Assembly: GCF_016790065.1 (NCBI RefSeq) | Contig: NZ_JAEUPY010000254.1 | Coordinates: forward strand, 15,513-79,512 | Reading direction: 5' to 3' | DNA: 64,000 bases | Source: Steroidobacter sp. | Lineage (GTDB): Bacteria > Pseudomonadota > Gammaproteobacteria > Steroidobacterales > Steroidobacteraceae | Shown: piece after piece, positions 1 through 13,257 of the stretch | How the letters are laid out: the number at the start of each line of letters is the position of its first letter | Numbering within the stretch: the first letter of the stretch is position 1 | Notes under the pieces: model-generated | What the model was told of the DNA's origin: nothing | Databases searched by the model: none | The model's input: only the letters and a program-made list of their open reading frames with translations | Made by a program: the position numbers and the translations under genes

Positions 1-206
1 TGTTTGCCGAGCACGCAGGATGCTCACCGCTCGATTACGTGCAGCGGCTACGCGTGGCGCTGGCGCGTGAGATGGTGGTGAATAGCGATTTGGCGTTGGA
101 ACGAGTTGCCGAACGCAGCGGTTTCAGCTCCGCGCATCATCTGCGGCGAGTCTGGCGGCGTTGGGAGTCGGTGTCGCCGGCAGAGTTTCGCCTGACACCT
201 CGCTGA
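1..206 (+). CDS. AraC/GlxA-family transcriptional regulator, C-terminal part (gene starts before window)
   Basis: Frame from nt 3 reads FAEHAGCSPLDYVQRLRVALAREMVVNSDLALERVAERSGFSSAHHLRRVWRRWESVSPAEFR, a typical AraC second HTH; stop TGA at 204-206. Not in the ORF track. Confidence 0.85.
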   Translation, partial: FAEHAGCSPLDYVQRLRVALAREMVVNSDLALERVAERSGFSSAHHLRRVWRRWESVSPAEFRLTPR

Positions 207-999
207 CCGTTACCGACTCGAAGCCGCGCTCGCGCAAGCCCTTCAGTATCAATGGCAGTGCCTGAAGAATCAGCGGCCGATGACGCTGATCGCGCTCGTG
301 GCCGTCATGTAACAACACGATGTCGCCAGGTCGAATGCGACCGACTACGCCGTTTGCCACCTTGTGCGGATCGCGAGCGAACGTGTCGCGTGAATGGATG
401 GACCACGCGGCCACGTTGAGATTTCTCTTATGCGCGGCCCGCGCCATCGCGGGACTCTTCAATCCCACCGGCGGCCGATACCACGGCTCGAGCTGCGAGT
501 TGGTCATCGACTTGATCAATTCGCCACAACGATCGATCTCGACGCCATGCCCGGCGGCCGAATAAAAATTCTGAAAATGCGAGTGATGCCAGGAATGATT
601 GCCTAGCTCATGGCCTTCGCGAAGTAGGCGTTCGGCCACAGCGCGATGTTTTTCCAGATAACGGCCGATCACGAAAAAGGTCGCGCGGGCCTGATGCTCG
701 GCCAGGATATCGAGCACCGCCGGCGTGACTTCGGGATCCGGCCCGTCATCGAACGTCAGTGCCACTTGCCTTCGATCGGTACGGCCACGCACCAGCGTCG
801 GATACAGGATCGAGGAGTCCGGACGGAACACGCCGTCGGTCAGCAGCAAGGCCCAGGCGCCGAGCGGTATTCCCAGGCTCAAAGCGCTGGGACCGAAAGC
901 CGCGGCCGAGCCGGCGGTGACGGCGGCGCTGGCCAGCAGGAATCGATCGGCGCGACACAGGTTCAAAGGCAGATCCAAGCGGCGAAGGGGGCGCGCCAT
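124..999 (-). CDS. Polysaccharide deacetylase (NodB/CE4 family) with N-terminal hydrophobic segment
   Basis: CE4 motifs TFDDGP, GNHSWHH, RPPVG, LLHD. Confidence 0.9.
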   Translation of the reverse strand: MARPLRRLDLPLNLCRADRFLLASAAVTAGSAAAFGPSALSLGIPLGAWALLLTDGVFRPDSSILYPTLVRGRTDRRQVALTFDDGPDPEVTPAVLDILAEHQARATFFVIGRYLEKHRAVAERLLREGHELGNHSWHHSHFQNFYSAAGHGVEIDRCGELIKSMTNSQLEPWYRPPVGLKSPAMARAAHKRNLNVAAWSIHSRDTFARDPHKVANGVVGRIRPGDIVLLHDGHERDQRHRPLILQALPLILKGLRERGFESVTVSEVSGETLPATPTPNAARLAADDARS

Positions 1000-1126
1000 G
1001 ATGGCAATTGCGATTCAAGTTGTCGATTGACGGCATCGGCAATGGCGATTGCTGGCCGTGGCAGCCAGGCGCAATGTGTCTGTCCGCAGTCAAATACTCG
1101 CTGCCTATCCCTGGTGGAGATGCCTC

Positions 1127-1459
1127 ATGAGCGATGCCAAGTTTCTTGCCGTCACGGATGCCAGTTTCGATCAGCAGGTGCTGGCCGCGTCCGGTCCGGT
1201 GCTGTTGAAGTTCGAAGCCGATTGGTGCGGCCCGTGCCAGGCGATGAAGCCCATGATCGAAGATATCGCCCGCGACTACGACGGCCGCGTCACGGTCGTG
1301 ACCATGGACGTGGATCAGAACAATCGCACTCCGCACCGTTTTGGTGTGCGTGGTGTGCCGACAGTGTTGTTGTTCAAGAACGGCGAAGTGGTGGGACAGA
1401 AAGTCGGTCTGCCGCGCAAGGCCGAGTTGACCGCGCTGTTGGACGCGAAACTCAACTGA
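1127..1459 (+). CDS. trxA: Thioredoxin
   Basis: WCGPC active site and GVPT cis-Pro motif; ATG at 1127 after GGAG RBS gives 110 aa. Confidence 0.9.
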   Translation: MSDAKFLAVTDASFDQQVLAASGPVLLKFEADWCGPCQAMKPMIEDIARDYDGRVTVVTMDVDQNNRTPHRFGVRGVPTVLLFKNGEVVGQKVGLPRKAELTALLDAKLN

Positions 1460-1560
1460 AGTTGTAGCTCACACAACGGCGCAGACTACTCCCTGGGGAG
1501 GGGGCAAGCTGCCGCGGAAAATCCGACGTGCATCCAGCGCGGTGCAGTAGTAGAAGCATC

Positions 1561-1592
1561 AGGCCCGGTTCGACGAAAGTTGAATCGGGCCT
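1561..1592 (+). terminator. GAAA-tetraloop hairpin, possible terminator or RNA element downstream of thioredoxin
   Basis: AGGCCCGGTTCGAC-GAAA-GTTGAATCGGGCCT, 14-bp stem with two G-U pairs on the + strand, followed by TGGTATTT (weak U-tract). Confidence 0.45.
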
Positions 1593-1642
1593 TGGTATTT
1601 GCAGCGGTATAAAAAATTCGATCAGGGCCGCAGAGGTGACCC

Positions 1643-3649
1643 GTGAAATCCGTTCGGGCGAAACGCCGTGGTGGCCAACCACGGCAACGGTCGCCACGCA
1701 GGGACGGTGACGACCAGGCTGGGGAACAGGATCAGTTGGAATCTCCAAGCGTTCGGCTGTCGCTGGCTCAGTGGCCCGCGGCGGCATTGCTCATTGATCG
1801 CGACGGCTATGTGGTCGCCGGCAATCGCGCGGCCGAAAAACTTTTTGGTTATAACCAGCTCGAGCTGCGCGAAGTCACCATCGATGAATTGATTCCGGCC
1901 TGGCGCCCGCTGGATCGGAGCGCCGACCTGTCGGACACCTCGGTGCGACGGCATCGCGCGACGGGTCATTGTCACGATGGCAGTACGTTGCCACTGCGCT
2001 TCATACAGTTGTTCGTCGATGCTGCCGAGGGTGATGCCGCGTTGGTCGTCATCACTCCACGCAATAGCGCCGGACAGGCGACGCCGATTCGCAATCGTCA
2101 CAGTGAAGAACGGCTGCGTGCGGCGGTGAGGGCCGGGCGCATCGGCACTTGGATCTGGGATTTTCGCAAGGACACCATGTGGTGGGACCGAGCGATGTAC
2201 CGGCTGTGGGACCAGGATCGTCAGCGCGGCGTCATGCCGGTTGCGTCGGCCGCGGAACTACTGCATCCCGACGATCGCCCTTGGATCCGTCGTCTGGTGG
2301 CCGAGCAAGTCGCCAGCGGTGCCAGCGAAATTTCTTTGGAATGTCGGCTGTTGTTGCCGAACGGTCTGATTCAATGGATTTCCGTCAATGGTCAGATCGA
2401 GCGGGACTCGAGCGGCCAGGCAACCCGCATGATCGGCGCGAGCATCGATGTAACGGCGCGCAAGAATGCCGAAGACGCTCTCCATCATTCGCAAAAGATC
2501 GAAGCCCTAGGCACGCTGGCCGGCGGCATCGCGCACGACTTCAATAACATTCTGCTGGCCATTGCCGGCAACACGCGGCTGGCGATTCAGGAATTACCGC
2601 TGGACCATCCGGTGCAAAGCGGACTGGCTGAAGTGGCCAAGGCCAGTGCGCGTGCCACCGATCTGGTGAATCGTATTCTGACCTTCAGCCGGCAGAACGA
2701 TTGCCGTCGCGAAATCATCCAACTGCAGCCGGCGGTGGAAGATGCGCTCAAGCTGTTGCGTGCCACGTTGCCGGCGATGATCGAGATCAATTGCAAGTTC
2801 ACTGCGGAGCTACCGGCGGTGCGCGCCGACGCGACGCAGATTCATCAGATCATCATCAACCTGGTCACCAACGCATCGCATGCCATCGGTGACGGTGCCG
2901 CCGGCTCCATCAACATCGCGCTGGATGAAGTGCATGTGGCGCAAGGCGGGCCGCTGACGCCGGAGCTCAAGGCCGGCCGTTATTTGCGCCTGTCGGTGAG
3001 CGATACCGGCAGCGGTATGGACAAGATCACTTTGGATCGTGTGTTCGATCCGTTCTTCACCACCAAGCCGGTGGGGCGCGGCACTGGATTGGGACTGAGC
3101 GTGGTTGACGGCATCATGCGCGCTCACGAAGGTTCGGTGCTGGTGTCCAGCGAACTCGGGCGAGGCGCGACTTTCAGATTGTATTTTCCGGCTGTAGAAG
3201 CGGCACCGGTCGAGAACAAACCGGTCCCGAGCCAAGTTGCCACGCTGGCGACGGAAGGCAGCGGCCGGCGCGTGATGTATATCGACGATGAAGACTCGCT
3301 GGTTTATTTGATGACGCGAGTGTTGCAACGCTCTGGGTATCGGGTCACTGGTTTCACCGATGCCGAGCAGGCACTACAAGTGTTGAAAGAGCGGCCCGGC
3401 GAGTTCGATGCGGTGGTCAGCGACCTCTCCATGCCGGGCATGTCGGGCTTTCACGTGGCTCGTGCCATTCAGGAAATTCGTCGCGATCTGCCGGTCATAA
3501 TCACATCGGGCTACGTGCGCGCCGAGGATCGCGAAACTGCCAAAGCAGTGGGCGTGCGAGACGTGGTGCTCAAGCCCGACACGGTCGAAGAACTGGCGCA
3601 GGTGCTGGAGCGGGTGCTGGACGCCGGAGAATCAAATCTTCTGAAGTGA
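1643..3649 (+). CDS. Cytoplasmic PAS-PAS hybrid sensor histidine kinase/response regulator (CckA-like architecture)
   Basis: PAS segments, H-box AGGIAHDFNN, N-box QIIINLVTNA, G-boxes DTGSGM / FFTTK / GTGLGL, C-terminal REC (IDDE, SDLSMP, KP); start uncertain. Confidence 0.92.
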   Translation: MKSVRAKRRGGQPRQRSPRRDGDDQAGEQDQLESPSVRLSLAQWPAAALLIDRDGYVVAGNRAAEKLFGYNQLELREVTIDELIPAWRPLDRSADLSDTSVRRHRATGHCHDGSTLPLRFIQLFVDAAEGDAALVVITPRNSAGQATPIRNRHSEERLRAAVRAGRIGTWIWDFRKDTMWWDRAMYRLWDQDRQRGVMPVASAAELLHPDDRPWIRRLVAEQVASGASEISLECRLLLPNGLIQWISVNGQIERDSSGQATRMIGASIDVTARKNAEDALHHSQKIEALGTLAGGIAHDFNNILLAIAGNTRLAIQELPLDHPVQSGLAEVAKASARATDLVNRILTFSRQNDCRREIIQLQPAVEDALKLLRATLPAMIEINCKFTAELPAVRADATQIHQIIINLVTNASHAIGDGAAGSINIALDEVHVAQGGPLTPELKAGRYLRLSVSDTGSGMDKITLDRVFDPFFTTKPVGRGTGLGLSVVDGIMRAHEGSVLVSSELGRGATFRLYFPAVEAAPVENKPVPSQVATLATEGSGRRVMYIDDEDSLVYLMTRVLQRSGYRVTGFTDAEQALQVLKERPGEFDAVVSDLSMPGMSGFHVARAIQEIRRDLPVIITSGYVRAEDRETAKAVGVRDVVLKPDTVEELAQVLERVLDAGESNLLK

Positions 3650-3730
3650 CAGTTCCAGAAAATGAGCTTGTTGGCCGGGGGAGGGGCGCGGTAATAAGCC
3701 GGCCTCATCAGCATCCGCCACGGCCACGAC

Positions 3731-4858
3731 ATGTCGCAAGCTCAGTACCTCGATCCCCGCACCGGTAACCGCTATTCGCTCGACGAGCCGCGTTGGCGCT
3801 CTGATGCCGGCGGCCCGTTGTTGGTCGAAGCGCTGCCCGGCATCGGCAAGGATGACATCGACAGCAAGACCCGCTCGCTGTGGCGCTATCGCGCGTCGTT
3901 GCCGCTCGACATCAAGCCGGTGACGCTGGGCGAAGGCTGCACGCCGTTGTTGGAAAAGTCCTGGGGCAAGGAACAGCTGTTGTTCAAGGCCGACTGGATT
4001 TCGCCCACCGGCAGCTTCAAGGACAAAGGCGCGACGGTGATGGTGTCGTTCCTGAAACAGTTGGGCATCGACGCCATTCTCGAAGACAGCTCCGGAAACG
4101 GCGGTGCCGCCATCTCGGCGTACGGTGTGGCCGCTGGCATGCGTGTGCGCATTCTTTGTCCGGAGTCGACCCAGCCGGCCAAGGTCGCGCAGATGCGCAT
4201 CTTCGGTGCCGACGTGCGACTGATTCCCGGCACGCGCCAGGACACCGAGAACGCCGCTCTCCAACAGGCCTCGGAAGTGTTCTACGCCAGCCACAACTGG
4301 CATCCCTTCTTCTTGCAAGGGACCAAGATGACGGCGTACGAGATTTGGGAAGATCTGGGCTTCCGCGCGCCCGATAACGTGATTCTGCCGGTGGGTGCCG
4401 GTAGCAACGTGATGGGTTGCGATCTGGGCTTTTGCGAGTTGCTGGCCGCCGGTCAGATCAAGAAACTGCCGCGAATCTTCGGCGTGCAGCCGGCGGCGTG
4501 CGCACCGATCAAGGCCAGCTTCGATGCCGGCAGCTTCGATCTGGTGCCCACCGAATTCAGCACCACCATGGCGGAAGGTGCGTCGATCCGTAAGCCGGTG
4601 CGGTTGAAGGAAGTGTTGTCGGCCGTGCATCGCTCGGCGGGCGCGATGGTGACGGTCCGCGAAGATGAAATTCTCGCAGCTCTGCATCGGCTCGCCGGCA
4701 TGGGCCTGTTCGTCGAGCCGACCTCGGCCATCGTCGGTGCAGCGATCGATCAGCTGTACGCGAGTGGCAAGATTCGTTCGGGCGAAACCACGGTGGCGCT
4801 GTTGTCCGGTTCGGGCCTCAAGGCCAGCGCGTTCGTCACCAAGCTGTTCGAAGGCTAA
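3731..4858 (+). CDS. Threonine-synthase-like PLP-dependent enzyme (fold type II)
   Basis: TLGEGCTPL, PTGSFKDKG (PLP lysine), DSSGNGG, FVEPTSA. Confidence 0.85.
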   Translation: MSQAQYLDPRTGNRYSLDEPRWRSDAGGPLLVEALPGIGKDDIDSKTRSLWRYRASLPLDIKPVTLGEGCTPLLEKSWGKEQLLFKADWISPTGSFKDKGATVMVSFLKQLGIDAILEDSSGNGGAAISAYGVAAGMRVRILCPESTQPAKVAQMRIFGADVRLIPGTRQDTENAALQQASEVFYASHNWHPFFLQGTKMTAYEIWEDLGFRAPDNVILPVGAGSNVMGCDLGFCELLAAGQIKKLPRIFGVQPAACAPIKASFDAGSFDLVPTEFSTTMAEGASIRKPVRLKEVLSAVHRSAGAMVTVREDEILAALHRLAGMGLFVEPTSAIVGAAIDQLYASGKIRSGETTVALLSGSGLKASAFVTKLFEG

Positions 4859-4859
4859 G

Positions 4860-5747
4860 TCAGCCCGTCGGCGAATTGCGGCGGAACGCTTCGAGGATTC
4901 GTTCCGCCAACTTCGACGTCGCAATGGACTGCGTGTCCGGCGTGCCACGCATCACGATGTGAATGTCGCCCAGGTTGGGGAAGCCGTCTTCCGGGCCGAG
5001 AATTCTCAGGCCCGGCGGCACCACGCACCGGGCCATGGTGGTCACCGCGAAGCCGGCCCGGGCCGCAGCCACCAGCACCGTCCAACTTTTACTTTTCACG
5101 CCGATACGAAAGTCGGGGGCGACTTCGCCCTCGCGAGCGCTGTCCCGTAGCGCTGCGATGGTGGCGCGATACACCGGCGACTCGTCGGAAAACACCGCGA
5201 GCTTGATGGGCCGTTGCAAATGAGTGTCGTGATCGGGCGAGCCGGTCCAGACCACCGGTTCTTTACGCAGGATGACATCGGAGCGTTTCGGCGCCTGAGT
5301 CGCGAGGATGGCTAGGTCGAGCTGGCCGTTGTCGAGCTGCTCGATCAGCACCGGCGAGGTGTTGACCACCACTTCCACGCTTACATTGGGCCAGCTGCGA
5401 GTCAGCTCCGCGAAGATATCGGGCAGCAGCAGGGCCGCGTAATCGTCCGGCAAGCCGAGGACCACGCGGCCGCCGGCGTCGCCACCGCGCCAGGTGCTGA
5501 CCACCTTGTCGTGTAAAGCCAGGATCTGGCGCGCTTGCTGGGCGAGTTGCTCGCCTTTGTCCGTGAACACCATGTCCCGGCCGCGTTTGGTGAACAGCGG
5601 GTGCCCCACCAGCTCTTCCAGCCGCCGCATCTGCATGCTGACCGCCGGCTGCGAGCGCAAGACCAGCTGCGCCGCGCCCTTGAAGCTGCCGGCATCGGCG
5701 AACGCCACCAGGGTGCGGAGCAGATCGATATCCAGATTGACCTTCAT
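4860..5747 (-). CDS. LysR-family transcriptional regulator
   Basis: N-terminal HTH LDIDLLRTLVA...SQPAVSMQMRRLEE; ATG at 5747 with GAGGAGG upstream. Confidence 0.93.
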   Translation of the reverse strand: MKVNLDIDLLRTLVAFADAGSFKGAAQLVLRSQPAVSMQMRRLEELVGHPLFTKRGRDMVFTDKGEQLAQQARQILALHDKVVSTWRGGDAGGRVVLGLPDDYAALLLPDIFAELTRSWPNVSVEVVVNTSPVLIEQLDNGQLDLAILATQAPKRSDVILRKEPVVWTGSPDHDTHLQRPIKLAVFSDESPVYRATIAALRDSAREGEVAPDFRIGVKSKSWTVLVAAARAGFAVTTMARCVVPPGLRILGPEDGFPNLGDIHIVMRGTPDTQSIATSKLAERILEAFRRNSPTG

Positions 5748-5905
5748 GACGGACCGCGAACCTCCTCGAGTCCGCATCGTAAAGCCAGCGGGGCGGAAAA
5801 CTTAGCACCTTCTGCACACCCGCAGCAGCCGAGATGGCTGCGGCTGTACGGCCCGGGCGTTTTTGCGCTAGGGTCGCAGCCCAACTCGCCACCGCTGGAG
5901 TCCTC

Positions 5906-7597
<1,692 letters not shown>

Positions 7598-7615
7598 TGC
7601 GGCGCCGTCGCCGGT

Positions 7616-8647
7616 TCATACCGGCGGCGGATTGCGCTCTTTGAAGTCGCGCTGATGCCAGTACGGATAAGCCAGCGGTGTAACGCTGGCTTCATCCAAC
7701 TTCTTCACTTGCTCCGCCGACAAATTCCATCCCAGCGCACCGAGGTTGTTCTTCAATTGCTCCTCGTTGCGCGCCCCGATGATGACGTTCGCAACGGTGG
7801 GCCGCTGTAACAACCAGTTCAGCGCGATCTGCGGCACCGTCTTGCCGGTCTCTTTGGCGATCAGGTCGAGCGCATCGACGACCTTGTAGACATGTTCATC
7901 CGGCACCGGCGGACCTTTGTCGGTGCTCAATTGCGAATGCAGGCGCGAGGTGTCGGGCAGCGCCTGACCGCGACGGACTTTGCCGGTCAGACGGCCCCAG
8001 CCCAGCGGGCTCCACACGATGGCACTGACTTTTTGCTCGATGCCGAGCGGCATCAGCTCCCATTCGTAGTCGCGACCGATCAGCGAGTAATACGCCTGAT
8101 GCGCGACGTGCCGATTCCAGCCGTAGCGATCCGACACCGCCAGCGATTTCATCAGGTGCCAGCCGGAAAAGTTCGACACACCGGTGTAACGAATCTTGCC
8201 CGCGCTCACCAGGTCGTTCAGGGTGCGCAGGGTCTCCTCGACCGGCGTGGTCGCGTCATAACCGTGCAACTGGAAGATATCGATGTAGTCGGTGTCGAGA
8301 CGCTTCAGCGCTTTATCGACCGCTTGTAGCAGGTTGAAGCGCGAGGAGCCGACGTCGTTCGGTCCCTGGCCGTTGCGGAAGGTGGCCTTAGTGGAAATGA
8401 TGACTTTGTCGCGCCGACCGCGGAGCGCCGCGCCCAAGATTTCCTCTGCGGCGCCGCCGGAGTAAATATCGGCGGAGTCGAACATGTTGATGCCGGCTTC
8501 CAGGCTGATGTCCACCAGCCGGGTGGCCGCCTTGACGTCGTTGTCGCCCCAGCTCTTGAAAAAATCGCCTTTGCCGCCGAACGTGCCGGTGCCGAGGCTG
8601 AACACCGGGACCTTGAAGCCCGACGCACCCAATTGCCTGAATTCCAT
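7616..8647 (-). CDS. Aldo/keto reductase
   Basis: LGTGTFG, FDSADIYS, STKA, LDTDYIDIFQLH, GVSN, WSPLG. Confidence 0.93.
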   Translation of the reverse strand: MEFRQLGASGFKVPVFSLGTGTFGGKGDFFKSWGDNDVKAATRLVDISLEAGINMFDSADIYSGGAAEEILGAALRGRRDKVIISTKATFRNGQGPNDVGSSRFNLLQAVDKALKRLDTDYIDIFQLHGYDATTPVEETLRTLNDLVSAGKIRYTGVSNFSGWHLMKSLAVSDRYGWNRHVAHQAYYSLIGRDYEWELMPLGIEQKVSAIVWSPLGWGRLTGKVRRGQALPDTSRLHSQLSTDKGPPVPDEHVYKVVDALDLIAKETGKTVPQIALNWLLQRPTVANVIIGARNEEQLKNNLGALGWNLSAEQVKKLDEASVTPLAYPYWHQRDFKERNPPPV

Positions 8648-8790
8648 ACTGCTCTCCGCAAGATCTGAGGCCGGCGGACTTTATAGCGCACAAATTAGTG
8701 AAACGGCGTCACGGGCCTGGTGCGGCTGATGGGCAGGAAGCTCAAATGCCGGGGGTGCAGGGACGCACAGGACCGGCTAAATTTGGCTCC

Positions 8791-9294
8791 ATGCAAAAAG
8801 TCATCCCCCCCATCGTGGTCATCACCACCGGCGGCACCATCGACAAGGCCTATTTCGATGCGCTCAGCGCCTACAAGATCGGCGAGCCCATGGTTAAAAA
8901 GATGCTGGACGTGGCCAATGTGACCCGCCCGTTCCGTGTGGTCGAAATGTTCCGTAAGGACAGCCTGGACCTGACCGATCAGGATCGCCGGGCGCTGTTC
9001 GAAACTGTCGCGGCGCTGGACACCGACCGTGTCGTCATCACTCATGGCACGGACACGATGACCGACTCGGCCCAGGTGCTGAAGTCGATTCCCGGCAAGA
9101 CCATCGTGTTCACCGGGGCTTTGTCGCCGGCGCGCTTCGCCGAGAGCGACGCGATGTTCAACTTGGGGATGGCTTTCGCAGCGGTGCAGACCTTGCCCGC
9201 GGGGGTGTACGTGGCCATGAGCGGTCAGGTATTCCGAGGCGATGAGGTTCGCAAGGACCGCGAGCACGCCCGTTTCGTTTCGACCGCCGAATAA
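8791..9294 (+). CDS. Short single-domain asparaginase-family protein
   Basis: TTGGTI and HGTDTM asparaginase motifs; N-terminal domain only (~167 aa). Confidence 0.85.
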   Translation: MQKVIPPIVVITTGGTIDKAYFDALSAYKIGEPMVKKMLDVANVTRPFRVVEMFRKDSLDLTDQDRRALFETVAALDTDRVVITHGTDTMTDSAQVLKSIPGKTIVFTGALSPARFAESDAMFNLGMAFAAVQTLPAGVYVAMSGQVFRGDEVRKDREHARFVSTAE

Positions 9295-9333
9295 TCGAAC
9301 GCGAGCTCGAGCTCGTCGCTGCAGGGGGAGATC

Positions 9334-11019
<1,686 letters not shown>

Positions 11020-11865
11020 TCAAACGTTCGCGGCCTGGTCAGGAACGTGTGCCAGGTCGCGACGCGCGGCCGCCGGAGTGACGCCGAGAATCTTGCGCAT
11101 GTGACGGGCAAGATGGCTCTGATGCGCAAAGCCGGTGGCGAATGCGATCTGCGCAATCGACAGCGACTCATCCTGTAGCAGCAGCTTCGCGCGCTCGACT
11201 CGCCGGCGCAAAATGTATTGATGCACCGGTGTGCCGGTCGAACGGCGGAACAGCGTCTTCAAGTGAGAGACGCTGACGCCGGCGACCTTGGCAATTTCAG
11301 CCAGAGACAGTTCGCTCTCTAGATTGTCTTCGATGTGCGAAATCACCAGCTTGAGTTTCCACGCACTCAAGCCGCCCTTCGGATCGCGCATTGGCAGTGA
11401 GCGGCGATTGTGCCGTTGTAGTAAGCGCGCGGCGAGCGCGGTGCCGAGACTCTCACGAAACAAACGTCCGCCGGCGCCGCCGGAATCGATATCTGCCTTG
11501 ATGGCCCAGCCGATGTGTTCGATGAATGGATCGCGCAATTGAAAACGATCGGCGATCTCGATGTTGGACGGATCCATGTCGAGCTCGACGGCCACGGTGC
11601 GCAACAGTTCGTCGGGCACTCGCATGACCAGCGTCGTGCCGCTTTGTTTGGTTTCCCAAGCGGCGGGCGTGTGTGCGGGAATGATGTCCAGATCGCCGGC
11701 CACTTCGCGGCCATGACGAAGTCTGCCGCCCCGGTCGCAAGTCACTTCCACCGACGGCCCGATATGCATGCAAACGATGGCGTACGGTCGAGGATCGATA
11801 CGCGTCATGCCGGCCGAGAAGTTACTGATGTCGGCGTTGACGGTTCGCTGTGCGAGAAAAGCCAT
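11020..11865 (-). CDS. AraC-family transcriptional regulator
   Basis: C-terminal double HTH: LSLAEIAKVAGVS...IAFATGFAHQSHL. Confidence 0.92.
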   Translation of the reverse strand: MAFLAQRTVNADISNFSAGMTRIDPRPYAIVCMHIGPSVEVTCDRGGRLRHGREVAGDLDIIPAHTPAAWETKQSGTTLVMRVPDELLRTVAVELDMDPSNIEIADRFQLRDPFIEHIGWAIKADIDSGGAGGRLFRESLGTALAARLLQRHNRRSLPMRDPKGGLSAWKLKLVISHIEDNLESELSLAEIAKVAGVSVSHLKTLFRRSTGTPVHQYILRRRVERAKLLLQDESLSIAQIAFATGFAHQSHLARHMRKILGVTPAAARRDLAHVPDQAANV

Positions 11866-12118
11866 GGGGGCTGCTCCGTTCCGTGTCAGTCAGCGTCCGA
11901 TCGTGCTGGGTGCGGGCTCAATAGGCGAGGCCCTCGCTGCGGGAATTATTGAGCGCGCCAGTGGCGTTCGCCAATGGCCCGGCCGAAATGGCTAGCGCTC
12001 CTGAGCGCAAGCGCGCAATTCATGCCACGCCGATTGGGAGCGATTAGCAACTCGGCGGAAAGTCGGGCCGCCGGTGCGCCAAGTTGACAGCCTCAGACGC
12101 AAGTGTGATGGTCGCCGG

Positions 12119-13255
12119 ATGTCGACCGCTTCATTATCTCCAGCAGATCTCGCACGTTACAGCCGGCACTTGGCGTTGCGCGAGATTGGCGTGGCTGGCC
12201 AGGAAAAGCTCAAAGCAGCGAAAGTGTTGTTAGTGGGCGCCGGCGGACTCGGCTCGCCGGCGGCGCTGTATTTGGCGGCGTCCGGCGTAGGCACGATTGG
12301 TGTGATCGACAACGATCGAGTCGATGTCTCGAATCTGCAGCGGCAAGTGCTCTACGACACGCACAGCGTCGGTCGTCCCAAGGCCGAGGCCGCCAAAGAA
12401 CGGTTGCTGGCGTTGAATCCCGAGATCGAGCTGGTTGCGCATGCCGTCGAGCTGCGAGCGGCCAACGTTCGCGAAATCTTCGGCAAGTACGACATCGTGC
12501 TCGACGGCACCGACCGCTTCACCACTCGCTATCTATCCAACGATGCCTGTGTGATTTTGCGCAAGCCGTTGGTGTCCGCCGCCATTCATCGTTTCGAAGG
12601 GCAGGCGATGACATACGTGCCGGATCGCGCGCCCTGTTACCGATGTTTGTTTCCTGAGCCGCCGGCCGACGGCTTGGTGCCGAATTGCGCTGAAGCGGGG
12701 GTGCTCGGTGTGCTGCCCGGGGTGATGGGCACGATTCAGGCGACGGAAGCCATCAAATTGATCGTCGGCGTCGGTGAGCCTTTGCTGGGACGCTTCCTCA
12801 CTTACGATGCGTTGGCGATGCGCTTCGGTGAGTTTCGTTTTCAGCGGCGGTCGGACTGCGCAGTCTGCGGCGATCAACCGACGATTCGCGAGCCCACGGA
12901 TCTGGTCGAGCTATGCAGTGCCGATGTGATGGCGCAGGTTCGGCGGTTCTCGCCAGCAGAGCTGCGAGGGCTGTTGAATGAGGCAGCGATCATCGACGTG
13001 CGTGCGCCGGCTGAGTTCGCGGTGTCGCGTTTGCCGGGCGCAGTAAATATTCCAGTCAACGAATTGGAGCAGCGGCTTGGCGAAGTGCCTCGAGACCGCG
13101 TGGCTGTTTTTATCTGTCGTAGCGGGGCGCGTAGCACGACCGCATCGGCCATTGCTACGCGCGCCGGATTAACGAAGGTGGCTCACTTAGAAGGGGGCTT
13201 ACTAAGGTGGGCCAAGGAGCTGGACGAGTCGTTCGTCGTCGCTCCGGTGGGCTGA
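12119..13255 (+). CDS. moeB: Molybdopterin-synthase adenylyltransferase MoeB with C-terminal rhodanese (MoeZ/MoeBR type)
   Basis: RYSRH, GAGGLG, SNLQRQ, CYRC and CAVC Zn motifs, rhodanese CRSGARS. Confidence 0.9.
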   Translation: MSTASLSPADLARYSRHLALREIGVAGQEKLKAAKVLLVGAGGLGSPAALYLAASGVGTIGVIDNDRVDVSNLQRQVLYDTHSVGRPKAEAAKERLLALNPEIELVAHAVELRAANVREIFGKYDIVLDGTDRFTTRYLSNDACVILRKPLVSAAIHRFEGQAMTYVPDRAPCYRCLFPEPPADGLVPNCAEAGVLGVLPGVMGTIQATEAIKLIVGVGEPLLGRFLTYDALAMRFGEFRFQRRSDCAVCGDQPTIREPTDLVELCSADVMAQVRRFSPAELRGLLNEAAIIDVRAPAEFAVSRLPGAVNIPVNELEQRLGEVPRDRVAVFICRSGARSTTASAIATRAGLTKVAHLEGGLLRWAKELDESFVVAPVG

Positions 13256-13257
13256 TA

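Noticed and set aside
1480-1600. c-di-GMP-I riboswitch suggested by the GAAA tetraloop
   Set aside because: The GGCAAAC...GACGCAAAGC-like core and the tetraloop receptor are not seen.
3731-4858. Housekeeping thrC
   Set aside because: It is a short PLP fold-II type with no hom/thrB context, so it is called threonine-synthase-like only.
12013-12027. Possible sigma54 promoter upstream of the AraC gene (minus strand TGGCATGAATTGC)
   Set aside because: GG-to-GC spacing is only 8 nt.
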